A DNA stretch of 32,000 nucleotides from Candidatus Heimdallarchaeota archaeon B3_Heim (GCA_003144275.1 NJBF01000035.1:9288-41287), one strand, 5' to 3'. Shown: positions 1 through 7,663, counted from the first letter of the stretch. Numbers and translations are program-made. The notes: a model not told the origin generated them from the sequence alone.

Positions 1-189
1 TATGAATATTTTATTTGTAAGCTTTTCAAGGTACTTTACTAGGACACTGAACCTCATGAAATTAAATTTAATTCGTTTATTGTTGTAAAGGATATTTGCC
101 CCATCAACAATAAATGATATGCTCTTCTCTTTCTCCCACTTTTTCTTGAGATATTGTGTTATCTCATTAAAATCTTTCACTATCGACAT
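1..189 (-). CDS. NYN/PIN-like ribonuclease domain protein, N-terminal part (runs off window start; absent from ORF track)
   Basis: Manually translated open frame from ATG at 189: MSIVKDFNEITQYLKKKWEKEKSISFIVDGANILYNNKRIKFNFMRF..., with AGGTGA SD upstream. 'FIVDGANI' matches the first catalytic DGxN motif of NYN/PIN-like RNases. Confidence 0.6.
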   Translation of the reverse strand, partial: MSIVKDFNEITQYLKKKWEKEKSISFIVDGANILYNNKRIKFNFMRFSVLVKYLEKLTNKIFI

Positions 190-211
190 AATGGTCACCT
201 AATAATGATCG

Positions 212-296
212 AATCAATGAAATGCCATGTCTATGACACTGGTCTGCCAGGTGACTAGCAAGTTACGTCATAGTCGCATATGTAAATTCATTGATT
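212..296 (+). other. Intergenic structured element (three-way junction on a long closing stem)
   Basis: AATCAATGAA(212-221)/TTCATTGATT(287-296); CTATGAC/GTCATAG; inner hairpins CTGG-TCTG-CCAG and GTGACT-AGCA-AGTTAC. The G-U pair favours the + strand. Function unknown. Confidence 0.5.
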
Positions 297-476
297 ATAT
301 CACTAGTATTGTTTTCAGTAAATTGTCAGTTTAAATCGCTTATGTAATTACATAATTGGGTGACATAAAATTGCTTTATCAAAATGGGCAACATACTTAA
401 TTTGTACACTGGAATTTCATATTTTGAAATGTGATCGAAGTTTTTGTAACACTTTCTTCTATGAAGAAACTTTTTT

Positions 477-504
477 TCGTCGTCAAACCAGCCTTATCGA
501 TGAT
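477..504 (+). repeat. CCAGCC-core 11-6-11 site S1
   Basis: TCGTCGTCAAA-CCAGCC-TTATCGATGAT. Left arm and core match S2 at 16 consecutive nt (CGTCGTCAAACCAGCC). Confidence 0.75.
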
Positions 505-579
505 TCTTATCAATGGATTTTTCAAAAGAATGTCATTATGCATATATTTTTAGATACCGAAGGACGGAAGAAGAATTAG

Positions 580-686
580 TGAAGCTGGTGGGATTTGAAC
601 CCACGCCCCCCCTTGAGGAACGTGTAAATGTTGCTCAAAATTGCACTTTCCTCAAGGAGGGTGTTCTGCCACTAAACTACAGCTTC
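580..686 (-). tRNA. tRNA-like RNA with extended anticodon arm, anticodon undetermined
   Basis: Minus strand: acceptor GAAGCTG/CAGCTTC plus discriminator A; D-arm GTTT-AGTGGCA-GAAC; T-arm GTGGG-TTCAAAT-CCCAC. The anticodon arm is a ~14-bp uninterrupted stem CCCTCCTTGAGGAA/TTCCTCAAGGGGGG enclosing 27 nt. No CCA encoded. Confidence 0.8.
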
Positions 687-688
687 TC

Positions 689-1723
689 TTAATCATATTG
701 GAATTTCATATATTCCATGATTTCGTGAGATTTAATATTATATTGTTCCTCGGCATATTTAATAAATTTGTTCTTGAATCTCTTCTCTTGATTAGGATCT
801 TCGAAAATATATTTCTTCTTTGTTTTATATTTTTCAAGCACGTGAGCTATAATCGTATCTTTATCTAAAGCTTCTAATACATTTTTATCAATTATAGAAG
901 ATAATTCTCTTATAAGGACTAATATTTCAACCATTTCTGCTTCGTCCATCTTTTCTTTAATCATTTTTGCCTCTTTTTTACCCTTATTTGCTTCTCTTCC
1001 GTTCTTTTTCTGCACTACCTTATGCATAATCGGTTTAGCAAAATTTATGTTGGAAAACCTTTTCTTTTTCTTATTTCTTCTAATTTCACTCCAATATTGA
1101 TTAAGCAAAACACCTTTAGATGAGATTAATTCTGCAAGGGATTTTGTTTGCTTTTTTCTATCATGGACGATATGATTCCTCCTTTTTCTAATATAGTCAT
1201 TTGTGTCAATTATATTTTGATCAAAGCATCTTTGATCTTCACAATCCCTTTCTGGGAAGAGATAATTACTTAGAGATAATAATATGGTATTACATTTCTT
1301 TTCTGGATTTCCTTCTTGAGAATTCGGGTTGACAATTGAGTTTGTTTGAGATCCTGTCCGTATCTTCTTAATGAATTTGAAGAGCGACAATAAATAGTCT
1401 TCAAAAATTGAATACGTAAAAACGAAGGTAGATTCAAATGTAAATTCTCTCGATTTACTAAAATCGGTGTCAAAATCATTAAGTTTTACATTATATTTCT
1501 TAGAACGAGCTATAGAGGAAAAACAATCCTCGGTTAAACAATCAGGTTGAGACTTGATTAGAACCTCATTCTTCATTATGAAAAAGTCTTGAACGAACAG
1601 TGTTAATTGGAGATCTCTGTTGATTTGTGAAATTTTTTTTCTTAATTTCAGAATTTCTTTGGATCTCATTTCTTTCTCATCAACTTCAAATAATATGTGT
1701 AATTTGATAATGTAAAAGCTCAT
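689..1723 (-). CDS. HEPN-domain protein (predicted RNase; RiboL-PSP/MAE_28990-like type)
   Basis: 344-aa ORF with R-x4-H motif (RKRRNHIVH) and an upstream 'YSIFEDYL' motif typical of HEPN folds. Confidence 0.7.
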   Translation of the reverse strand: MSFYIIKLHILFEVDEKEMRSKEILKLRKKISQINRDLQLTLFVQDFFIMKNEVLIKSQPDCLTEDCFSSIARSKKYNVKLNDFDTDFSKSREFTFESTFVFTYSIFEDYLLSLFKFIKKIRTGSQTNSIVNPNSQEGNPEKKCNTILLSLSNYLFPERDCEDQRCFDQNIIDTNDYIRKRRNHIVHDRKKQTKSLAELISSKGVLLNQYWSEIRRNKKKKRFSNINFAKPIMHKVVQKKNGREANKGKKEAKMIKEKMDEAEMVEILVLIRELSSIIDKNVLEALDKDTIIAHVLEKYKTKKKYIFEDPNQEKRFKNKFIKYAEEQYNIKSHEIMEYMKFQYD

Positions 1724-1847
1724 TGGCGAATGGATATTTATTTATTTTTTCTGATAGATTGGGAAGTGATGATTAAAAGACTAGCATTTAGCCTAATTAA
1801 ATGAATCAGAGGAAATATGCATATGAATAAATGGAGATGTTTTCCAT

Positions 1848-2444
1848 ATGTCTAAAATTATAGAAAAATTTCAGCAATTTTCTTTCAGTAAAGAAAAATT
1901 CCTAAAAAGGAGTGAATATAGAAAACTAGATAGGAGATGGAGGGAGATAATCTACAAAATTCCAATTGTTGATAACATCAACGAATTTATTCTCATCAAA
2001 TTCTTACTGCATTTCCAAACTCAAATCAAACAGATACAAAAATTCCCTTTTGTTTTTGCTTATGAATTTCCCATAGATCCAGAAATGAGTAATAAAGGTA
2101 AGTTGGATTTAATTTTAGTAAATCAAGATAAGAATAGAGTTGAATATTTAATAGTTGAGGTAAAATACCTTCAAAATAGGACGGGACCTACTTCTCGTGA
2201 AAGCAGAAGACGGAAACGCCGAAAAGTAGAACAACAGTCTTCGATTAATAGGATAAAATTCCAAGCATTATTCCCCAAAGCAATCGTAAATTCGATATTT
2301 ATAACAAATGAGAGCTTCTCACAAGTGAGAAATTTGCATCAAGAGTATGGAGATTTTGCTGAAAAGGAATGGCAAAAGATCTACAATATCTACCCAGTTT
2401 TGAAGGATCAAAGAATATCTAATGAAGAAAATCCAATAAAATAA
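1848..2444 (+). CDS. PD-(D/E)XK superfamily nuclease
   Basis: 198 aa; motif pattern YEF...GKLDLIL...LIVEVKY...VEQQ (E, D, ExK, Q). Confidence 0.65.
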   Translation: MSKIIEKFQQFSFSKEKFLKRSEYRKLDRRWREIIYKIPIVDNINEFILIKFLLHFQTQIKQIQKFPFVFAYEFPIDPEMSNKGKLDLILVNQDKNRVEYLIVEVKYLQNRTGPTSRESRRRKRRKVEQQSSINRIKFQALFPKAIVNSIFITNESFSQVRNLHQEYGDFAEKEWQKIYNIYPVLKDQRISNEENPIK

Positions 2445-2670
2445 TAGGAATTGAATTAAATTATAAACTGGAACCGGACAGTATAAGGGGGATTTAGTAA
2501 ATTCGGAAAAACAAGTGATTTTAATGACCCCTAAATCTTAGGTGATTACTAATGAATCATTCCATTGATCAGGATCAGCAGGTTAGATGTTGTATGTAAG
2601 TTTTATGATTTTTCTTTTTTAATTATCATTAAAACGGTATTTTTACATCTATGAATTGACTCAAACCGAA

Positions 2671-2686
2671 ACGTCGTCAAACCAGC
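2671..2686 (+). repeat. Site S2, left half (interrupted by IS)
   Basis: ACGTCGTCAAA-CCAGC. Removing the IS and one CAGC copy restores ACGTCGTCAAA-CCAGCC-TTTGACGGAGT. Confidence 0.85.
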
Positions 2687-3965
2687 CAGTTCTTCGTATC
2701 ACCTCCTTGAAAACTCCTCCTGTCTTCTAAAAAGTGCTTGATGCCATGATGTGACAATGAATTCGCAGAAATCGTTCGCTGAATAAACAAAATCGGCTCG
2801 ACATCGCCGACTAGCTGATTTTAAGATGTGAATCGGTGATTTAAAGTAGGCCCAGAAATTACACAACCAAAATGCAATGAGAACAAGAATGAATCTAAGA
2901 GTTGGGTTTTGAGAACAACTAAAGATTTGAAATCGGTGCATCTGACGATAATAGGTCTCAATCGTGAATCTTCGACGGTAAAGTAAAGCTATCTTCTTTC
3001 CTGAAAGATTACATGTAGTGGGAACAACTAAAGCTATAACACGAGTACCCTCTTGACACAGAGCAAGTTTTACTGGAAATCTCTCGCGGGTGTGACCTTT
3101 ATTCAATTTATAATTCACGATTAGGGCATCCCCTTTTTGAAGTAACTTTTCTTTATGTTTTTGTACTAAAGGTTTGACTCCCGAATTGACACGTCCACGA
3201 ATAATGAAGAAGACCTGTTCACTAACAAGCCACTTAATGAAATCCCAGTTATAGAAGCTACCGTCCGCCAATATTCCAACAATTCGTTCTTGAGTGAGTA
3301 AAGGCATCAAAAGGTTCTGAGCTGTCTTGAAAACAGAATGCTTTGTAGGAACGAGTTGAACCCCTAACGTGATTGGTTCGGGTGCATTTATCCAAATAAC
3401 CGTTATATACTGATAAAATTTATGAGTACTGGCCTTTTTCTTACCTTTACAGATGTAAGGAGAAACCGTCCTTGCATAGTTAGGATCAGTATGAAAATCG
3501 ATCGCTAACAACATTCCTTGCTTTCTTGCGCTTTGAAAGTTCTCGGGAAGACTTTCAAGAAACTTAAGAAAGCCGATTTGTTGTGAGAGCGTAATTTCCT
3601 CAACAGAATTTGTTCTTAACCATGCCAGGGTAGCTTCCCCAGAGGGAATTGGGAGATGTAGCTCGCGAAGATCTCGAGCCTTCCGAGAAATGGAGGTTCG
3701 ATCGAGTGCGGTAAGTAAAAGTAATTTTAACCTGCCTTTCATAGTAAACGGTGATTTAGCAGGAATGGGGGTTGACAAGAATTGAAATCTATCCAACCAG
3801 CGTACCATAAAGTTTATAAGAGTCGGAGTTTTTCTAGCTTTACGTGGCGGAAAGCGAGGTAACTTAAGTTTGGTCATTTGAGTGATTCCTCGCTGGAATC
3901 CACTTTTAAAGGTTTCCCCTCCTTTTTTTTCATCCCGCTCAAAAAAATGAAGTTACGAAGTACTG
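2687..3965 (-). mobile_element. ISH3-family insertion sequence, 1279 bp, apparently intact
   Basis: TIRs CAGTTCTTCGTA (2687-2698) and CAGTACTTCGTA (reverse complement of 3954-3965), 11/12 identical. 4-bp target duplication CAGC (2683-2686, 3966-3969). Contains one DDE transposase. Confidence 0.9.
2699..3877 (-). CDS. ISH3-family DDE transposase
   Basis: 392 aa; motifs LAIDFHTDPNY, ILADGSFY and YRRRFTIETYY (D, D, E triad with YxxRxxIE). The stop abuts the TIR. Confidence 0.9.
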   Translation of the reverse strand: MTKLKLPRFPPRKARKTPTLINFMVRWLDRFQFLSTPIPAKSPFTMKGRLKLLLLTALDRTSISRKARDLRELHLPIPSGEATLAWLRTNSVEEITLSQQIGFLKFLESLPENFQSARKQGMLLAIDFHTDPNYARTVSPYICKGKKKASTHKFYQYITVIWINAPEPITLGVQLVPTKHSVFKTAQNLLMPLLTQERIVGILADGSFYNWDFIKWLVSEQVFFIIRGRVNSGVKPLVQKHKEKLLQKGDALIVNYKLNKGHTRERFPVKLALCQEGTRVIALVVPTTCNLSGKKIALLYRRRFTIETYYRQMHRFQIFSCSQNPTLRFILVLIAFWLCNFWAYFKSPIHILKSASRRCRADFVYSANDFCEFIVTSWHQALFRRQEEFSRR

Positions 3966-3981
3966 CAGCCTTTGACGGAGT
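3966..3981 (+). repeat. Site S2, right half
   Basis: CAGCC-TTTGACGGAGT, identical to the right part of S3. Confidence 0.85.
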
Positions 3982-4044
3982 TCATAAGTTAGAATAATTA
4001 CTTGAGTAGGGAGTGTGTTGAATCCAATCCTATTCGCGAAATTC

Positions 4045-4362
4045 CTAGAACCATTTACTAACCCATTTGTTCAGCCATCTTATCTCAAATAATATTTTCC
4101 CCCAGTGCCAATATCTACGTGGCTTATAGATTTTGACTTGCGGTACAGGTTCCGCATAGAAATTCCCTCTACCAAAACCAGCTTTACCCCCTCCAATTTC
4201 GACAAAACAAGAACCAAAACCATTGTATCGTGTGGTTTTACCTTTTCCAGTTATTTTAACGGCAAGATTATGGGCAAGTACTTCTCTTTGATAATGAGCG
4301 AATACTCCTGCTTTGGGAAGTGGTTTCCCGAGTTTACTACTTTTTCTAAAATTTGGGTACAC
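4045..4362 (-). pseudogene. C-terminal remnant of sulfide:quinone oxidoreductase-like FAD oxidoreductase
   Basis: GKPLPKAGVFAH...GSCFVEIGGGKAGFGRGNFYAEP...WHWGKILFE matches SQR-type C-termini. The N-terminal Rossmann fold and GD motif are absent; only ~100 aa remain. Confidence 0.8.
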
Positions 4363-4434
4363 ATGAAGATTTAAAAATATTCAGTGTTCTGATTGTACAG
4401 TTGTAGCCTTTAATTCTAAAAGGAGAAAAATAAA

Positions 4435-5022
4435 ATGGAAAATTCAAATATTATAGGAAGCTTACTTTTGATTATACTAGTGCCAACAACAATGTTCGTT
4501 GGTATGCCTATTATTTATCCAAGTCTTCAAGCTGACCCCAATTCAACGGGGATTTTAATCCAGGAAAAACATAAATCTGTGAATACAATTGCAGCAATTT
4601 CCGATTGGGCAACGATTTAATATTGTGATGTTCAGGATACTCATTTGGCAATAACTATCCAAAATAATTCTAAAATTCTGGCAATGTTTTCTTCTCCGTA
4701 CTTATTAGTTATATCAGACGACTTTGGACCAAATGAAGCATTAATTTTTAATATCGCATTGAATATTGGTACCGGTACAAAACGAGATACACGAATTGAA
4801 TATACAGAATTAGGAAATGATCTAGCCAGTGCCAGACATATTGGAGGAAATATGTTTATACTCTGTGAAACTGAAAATTTACCTGCTGGGACTTATAATG
4901 TGACTGTATCTTGGATTTCCAAATCTACAGTGAATAATCCTGTTGGAACTAATCAATTACAATTTTCATCCATGTTTCAAAAACCCCAACGAACTTTATT
5001 GGTTCAAGAAATTAAAGGTTAG
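4435..5022 (+). pseudogene. Secreted/membrane-anchored hypothetical protein split by one in-frame TAA (4618-4620)
   Basis: ORFs 4435-4620 and 4645-5022 are in the same frame with an open 24-nt linker (YCDVQDTH). N-terminal hydrophobic segment; AAGGAG SD. Confidence 0.65.
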
Positions 5023-5045
5023 TTTATTAGTTATTTTTAATATGA

Positions 5046-5069
5046 GAGGGTTTTTCCCTTACTTTTTTT
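5046..5069 (+). terminator. Hairpin plus T-tract terminator
   Basis: AGGG-TTTTT-CCCT followed by TACTTTTTTT, just after the 5022 stop. Confidence 0.45.
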
Positions 5070-5256
5070 ATAAATTACTCAAGCAGATTCTTAAATTTTC
5101 ATTAGATTTATGATATTGATATGATCTGATCAGTAATAAATTTCTGATTAGTAATAGATATACAAAAAAAAGGTTATTGGTTCCGAAAATAAAGATTTAC
5201 TACTATCTCGTCCCTAACGAAAGGGAAATGAGTATCTTACTAAAAACGGCGCTGCT

Positions 5257-5420
5257 CCAGTGAGTAATCCGGCTTCTGTTCCCTCTGTTTCGTTACCTTT
5301 ACAGAGTTCCTGACATTAACCTTAGCGCTACTCTCCACAATCTCCGAAGAGATATGTTTTTCAGCTTGCATTCGCTGAGGATGCTCGTTTCACCGTTTCC
5401 CTATTCTTCCTCTGAAGATT
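5257..5420 (-). ncRNA. rnpB: RNase P RNA, 3' half only (truncated copy)
   Basis: Minus strand, in correct order: GGAAACGGTGAAACG (CR-III-like, 5400-5386), TGCAAG, ATCTC-TTCG-GAGAT hairpin, GCGCTAAGGTTAATG (CR-IV-like), CTCTGT/ACAGAG stem, AACAGAAGCCGGATTA (CR-V). No GAGGAAAG-type CR-I upstream. Confidence 0.75.
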
Positions 5421-5423
5421 ATC

Positions 5424-5561
5424 TTATCATCTGTTACCAGTGACTTCACCGCTTCTACTGAGGAACAGACAGCTTCTATGAGTGAAATGACCGATACAGC
5501 TCAAAATCTAACTGAAATGGCTTTAGAATTGTCTAGTCTGGCCTCAAGGTTTAAAGTTTAA
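5424..5561 (+). pseudogene. C-terminal remnant of methyl-accepting chemotaxis protein
   Basis: Translation ...ASTEEQTASMSEMTDTAQNLTEMALELSSLASRFKV* is the typical MCP C-terminus. A pyrimidine-rich terminator follows. No N-terminal part; the 5' boundary is approximate. Confidence 0.8.
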
Positions 5562-5757
5562 ACCTTCCTTCTCTCTTTTCTTTATTATTTCATTTTCAAC
5601 GGAAATGTTTGACGAATTTTCAGAACTAACCTATTCGGGATATTCTGGGCATCTTTTGATGATATTTAAATGAGAAAGCCTAGTAGGTATTCAGAGGTAA
5701 GTTTATCTCTAATTACAATCTCTTTATAGGTTTTTAACTTCAATAGAGGATAAGTAG

Positions 5758-6114
5758 ATGTTTCGGAATCTCCCAATAATAAAACCGATTGAATATACTA
5801 ATAGTCATCTGAAACCTGTTGAAAAACAAAATATTCACCTTTTTTGTGTACAAACCCATCCTGATAAACTCCACCCCATTCCTTTCTCTTCAGAACCATT
5901 GAATGAGGATATGGTTTATCTTTTCATTAATGATGTCTTGCGAAAAATCTTTTTGTGGGTTGGTACGACTGCTTCGATCCGATCCAAATTCGTTGGCGCA
6001 CATTCAGCTATCGTACTCCAACGAAAAACAGGGATTACTTATCGAGTAGAAAATATTGATGAGGATCATGAGTCGGCTGACTTTCGTAGGACTATATCGG
6101 TATTTGAAGCCTAA
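5758..6114 (+). CDS. Single-domain gelsolin-like protein
   Basis: 118 aa; LNEDMVYLF...KIFLWVGTTAS...KFVG...VENIDEDHESADF follows the gelsolin-domain consensus. GAGGA SD. Confidence 0.75.
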   Translation: MFRNLPIIKPIEYTNSHLKPVEKQNIHLFCVQTHPDKLHPIPFSSEPLNEDMVYLFINDVLRKIFLWVGTTASIRSKFVGAHSAIVLQRKTGITYRVENIDEDHESADFRRTISVFEA

Positions 6115-6197
6115 TTAACCACAGAGATTTCTTTCTACAAAAGTGGGAGCTTTGCGTTGTTTATATTAGAAAAAGAATATACTCGGGTATATATTTT

Positions 6198-6225
6198 TCT
6201 TATCTAAACCAGCCTTTGACGGAGT
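6198..6225 (+). repeat. Site S3, preceded by imperfect hairpin 6154-6213
   Basis: TCTTATCTAAA-CCAGCC-TTTGACGGAGT; 21 nt (AAACCAGCCTTTGACGGAGTT) identical to reconstituted S2. Confidence 0.85.
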
Positions 6226-6404
6226 TGGTGAAAAAAAATCATTTTACTAAGCCCTCAAGGGAAAAATAGAATATACAATCTAAGTTTGAACCCCCCTACT
6301 TTTAAGTCTTAATTGTCAAGACGTTGGCTATTACTGAATTTCATAGATGGCTTTATTATTCAGAAAGTATAAAATTGAAGTTGAATAACAATAAGGGAAA
6401 TATT

Positions 6405-6563
6405 ATGTCAAAAAGATTATGTAATACTTGTGAGGAAGAAAAAGGACCTCAAAACGGGAAAGAATGCCCCAATGGTCACTTTATTTGTAAAGATTGCCTC
6501 TATAGTGGAATGATTTTATCAGAACAGCCATTTTGCTCCTTCTGTGGTGAAGCTTTAGAATAA
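6405..6563 (+). CDS. Stand-alone RING-HC (C3HC4) zinc finger protein
   Basis: From ATG 6405 (in frame with track ORF 6324): C-x2-C-x11-C-x3-H-x2-C-x2-C-x12-C-x2-C (CNTC...CPNGHFICKDC...CSFC). Confidence 0.75.
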   Translation: MSKRLCNTCEEEKGPQNGKECPNGHFICKDCLYSGMILSEQPFCSFCGEALE

Positions 6564-6659
6564 AAATGATAATAATCCAATTAACCATTAAACGATGCCT
6601 ACAAGAGACTGAAGAATTTTAGATCTTCCTGTTAACTGCAAACGTTGATTTGGTCTTCT

Positions 6660-7529
6660 TTATTTTCTTTTCATATTCTGGACTTTTATTCGTTTTGTGA
6701 GTTCTTCCGCAAATTTCTTGTCAGTGGACGCGGTCAATCGTTTCATAGTTGTATCATATCCATTGATCTGTTCTTCTTCCAATGTCCTAGAATAGTTTTC
6801 TGACGGATCGATTTCCTCCAGCATTTCAATTAAGGTGTTTCTCTCCTCTTTCGACATGACTCTTGGATCAGTCATAGCTGCTGCTCTAGTATAAATCTTT
6901 TCATCCAATAGGGATTTTAATGCTTTGAAGGGAAGTTTGAAATATTTACCTATGGCACCCGTTACCTGAGTGAAGGTTTCTGGAGTGGCTGCTTTAAATG
7001 ATACTCGTACGTAGAGTTTATCTTTAAATTCAGCTAGTTGCTTCACATAGTTCAAGTCATTACCAAGAAGAATTCCGTTTGTTTCCAGGATGAAAAGAGA
7101 ATACTTCGAGGTCATTATATAAGGCAATAGGGCTAGTAAATGTTCTTTTCCTAACGTTGGTTCACTCCCTGATAAGCGAAGCTTCTCAATTTTGATATTT
7201 TTAAAACGCTGCCATCCTTTAGCAGTAATTCCTTCTTCTGCTGCTTTAAACAACCTCTTTGCTACCTTTTCTGGTGAGTGAAATGATCCATATGTCTCGG
7301 GGAAGTCCCTCGACCAATTCCCCCAACAATAAATACAGCGTAAACAACATCCCACAGCATACCCTGTCGCGATTCCACCATAAACGGGAGCTGAATAAAT
7401 ACTTACATACTTCCTCTCCAATCCCGCAGAACCTGTTCTCGTCACTATCTTCTCTGTTTTTTTTGCCAGCTCTAATGGATCAAACGGTCGAAAACCTGGA
7501 ATCAAAAAACGTTGATACTTGTTCTGCAC
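6660..7529 (-). CDS. Radical SAM protein (archaeal YGGIAT-type, uncharacterised)
   Basis: CxxxCxxC (CCLRCIYCW) preceded by YGGIATG; RLSGSEP motif; GTG start with GGTGA SD. Confidence 0.85.
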   Translation of the reverse strand: MQNKYQRFLIPGFRPFDPLELAKKTEKIVTRTGSAGLERKYVSIYSAPVYGGIATGYAVGCCLRCIYCWGNWSRDFPETYGSFHSPEKVAKRLFKAAEEGITAKGWQRFKNIKIEKLRLSGSEPTLGKEHLLALLPYIMTSKYSLFILETNGILLGNDLNYVKQLAEFKDKLYVRVSFKAATPETFTQVTGAIGKYFKLPFKALKSLLDEKIYTRAAAMTDPRVMSKEERNTLIEMLEEIDPSENYSRTLEEEQINGYDTTMKRLTASTDKKFAEELTKRIKVQNMKRK

Positions 7530-7635
7530 TTAATATCACCTACCTTGAGCTTGTCACAAAAGGTTTTTTTCAAGTAGATTTTACTATGTGTTGGTAATAT
7601 TCCTGTTAATCAGGGTATACTGGCATATATACTTT

Positions 7636-7663
7636 TCCTAGGTAAGCCAGCCATGGACGACAT
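7636..7663 (+). repeat. Site S4
   Basis: TCCTAGGTAAG-CCAGCC-ATGGACGACAT; 18 nt identical to S7 (CCAGCCATGGACGACATT). Confidence 0.8.

Noticed and set aside
580-686. Ordinary intron-containing tRNA (Ser-TGA, Leu-GAG/CAA, Glu-CTC readings), tRNA-Sec or tRNA-Pyl
   Set aside because: No bulge-helix-bulge could be built for any register. Ser, Leu and Sec need a long variable arm, which is absent. Canonical D-loop GG and T-loop TTC argue against Pyl.
641-1479. Track ORFs 641-868 (+) and 1270-1479 (-)
   Set aside because: They overlap the tRNA-like gene and/or the HEPN ORF and have no recognisable features.
5257-5561. Full-length rnpB overlapping the MCP tail
   Set aside because: No CR-I (GAGGAAAG-type) or P1/P4 5' strand is found on the minus strand upstream of 5450.
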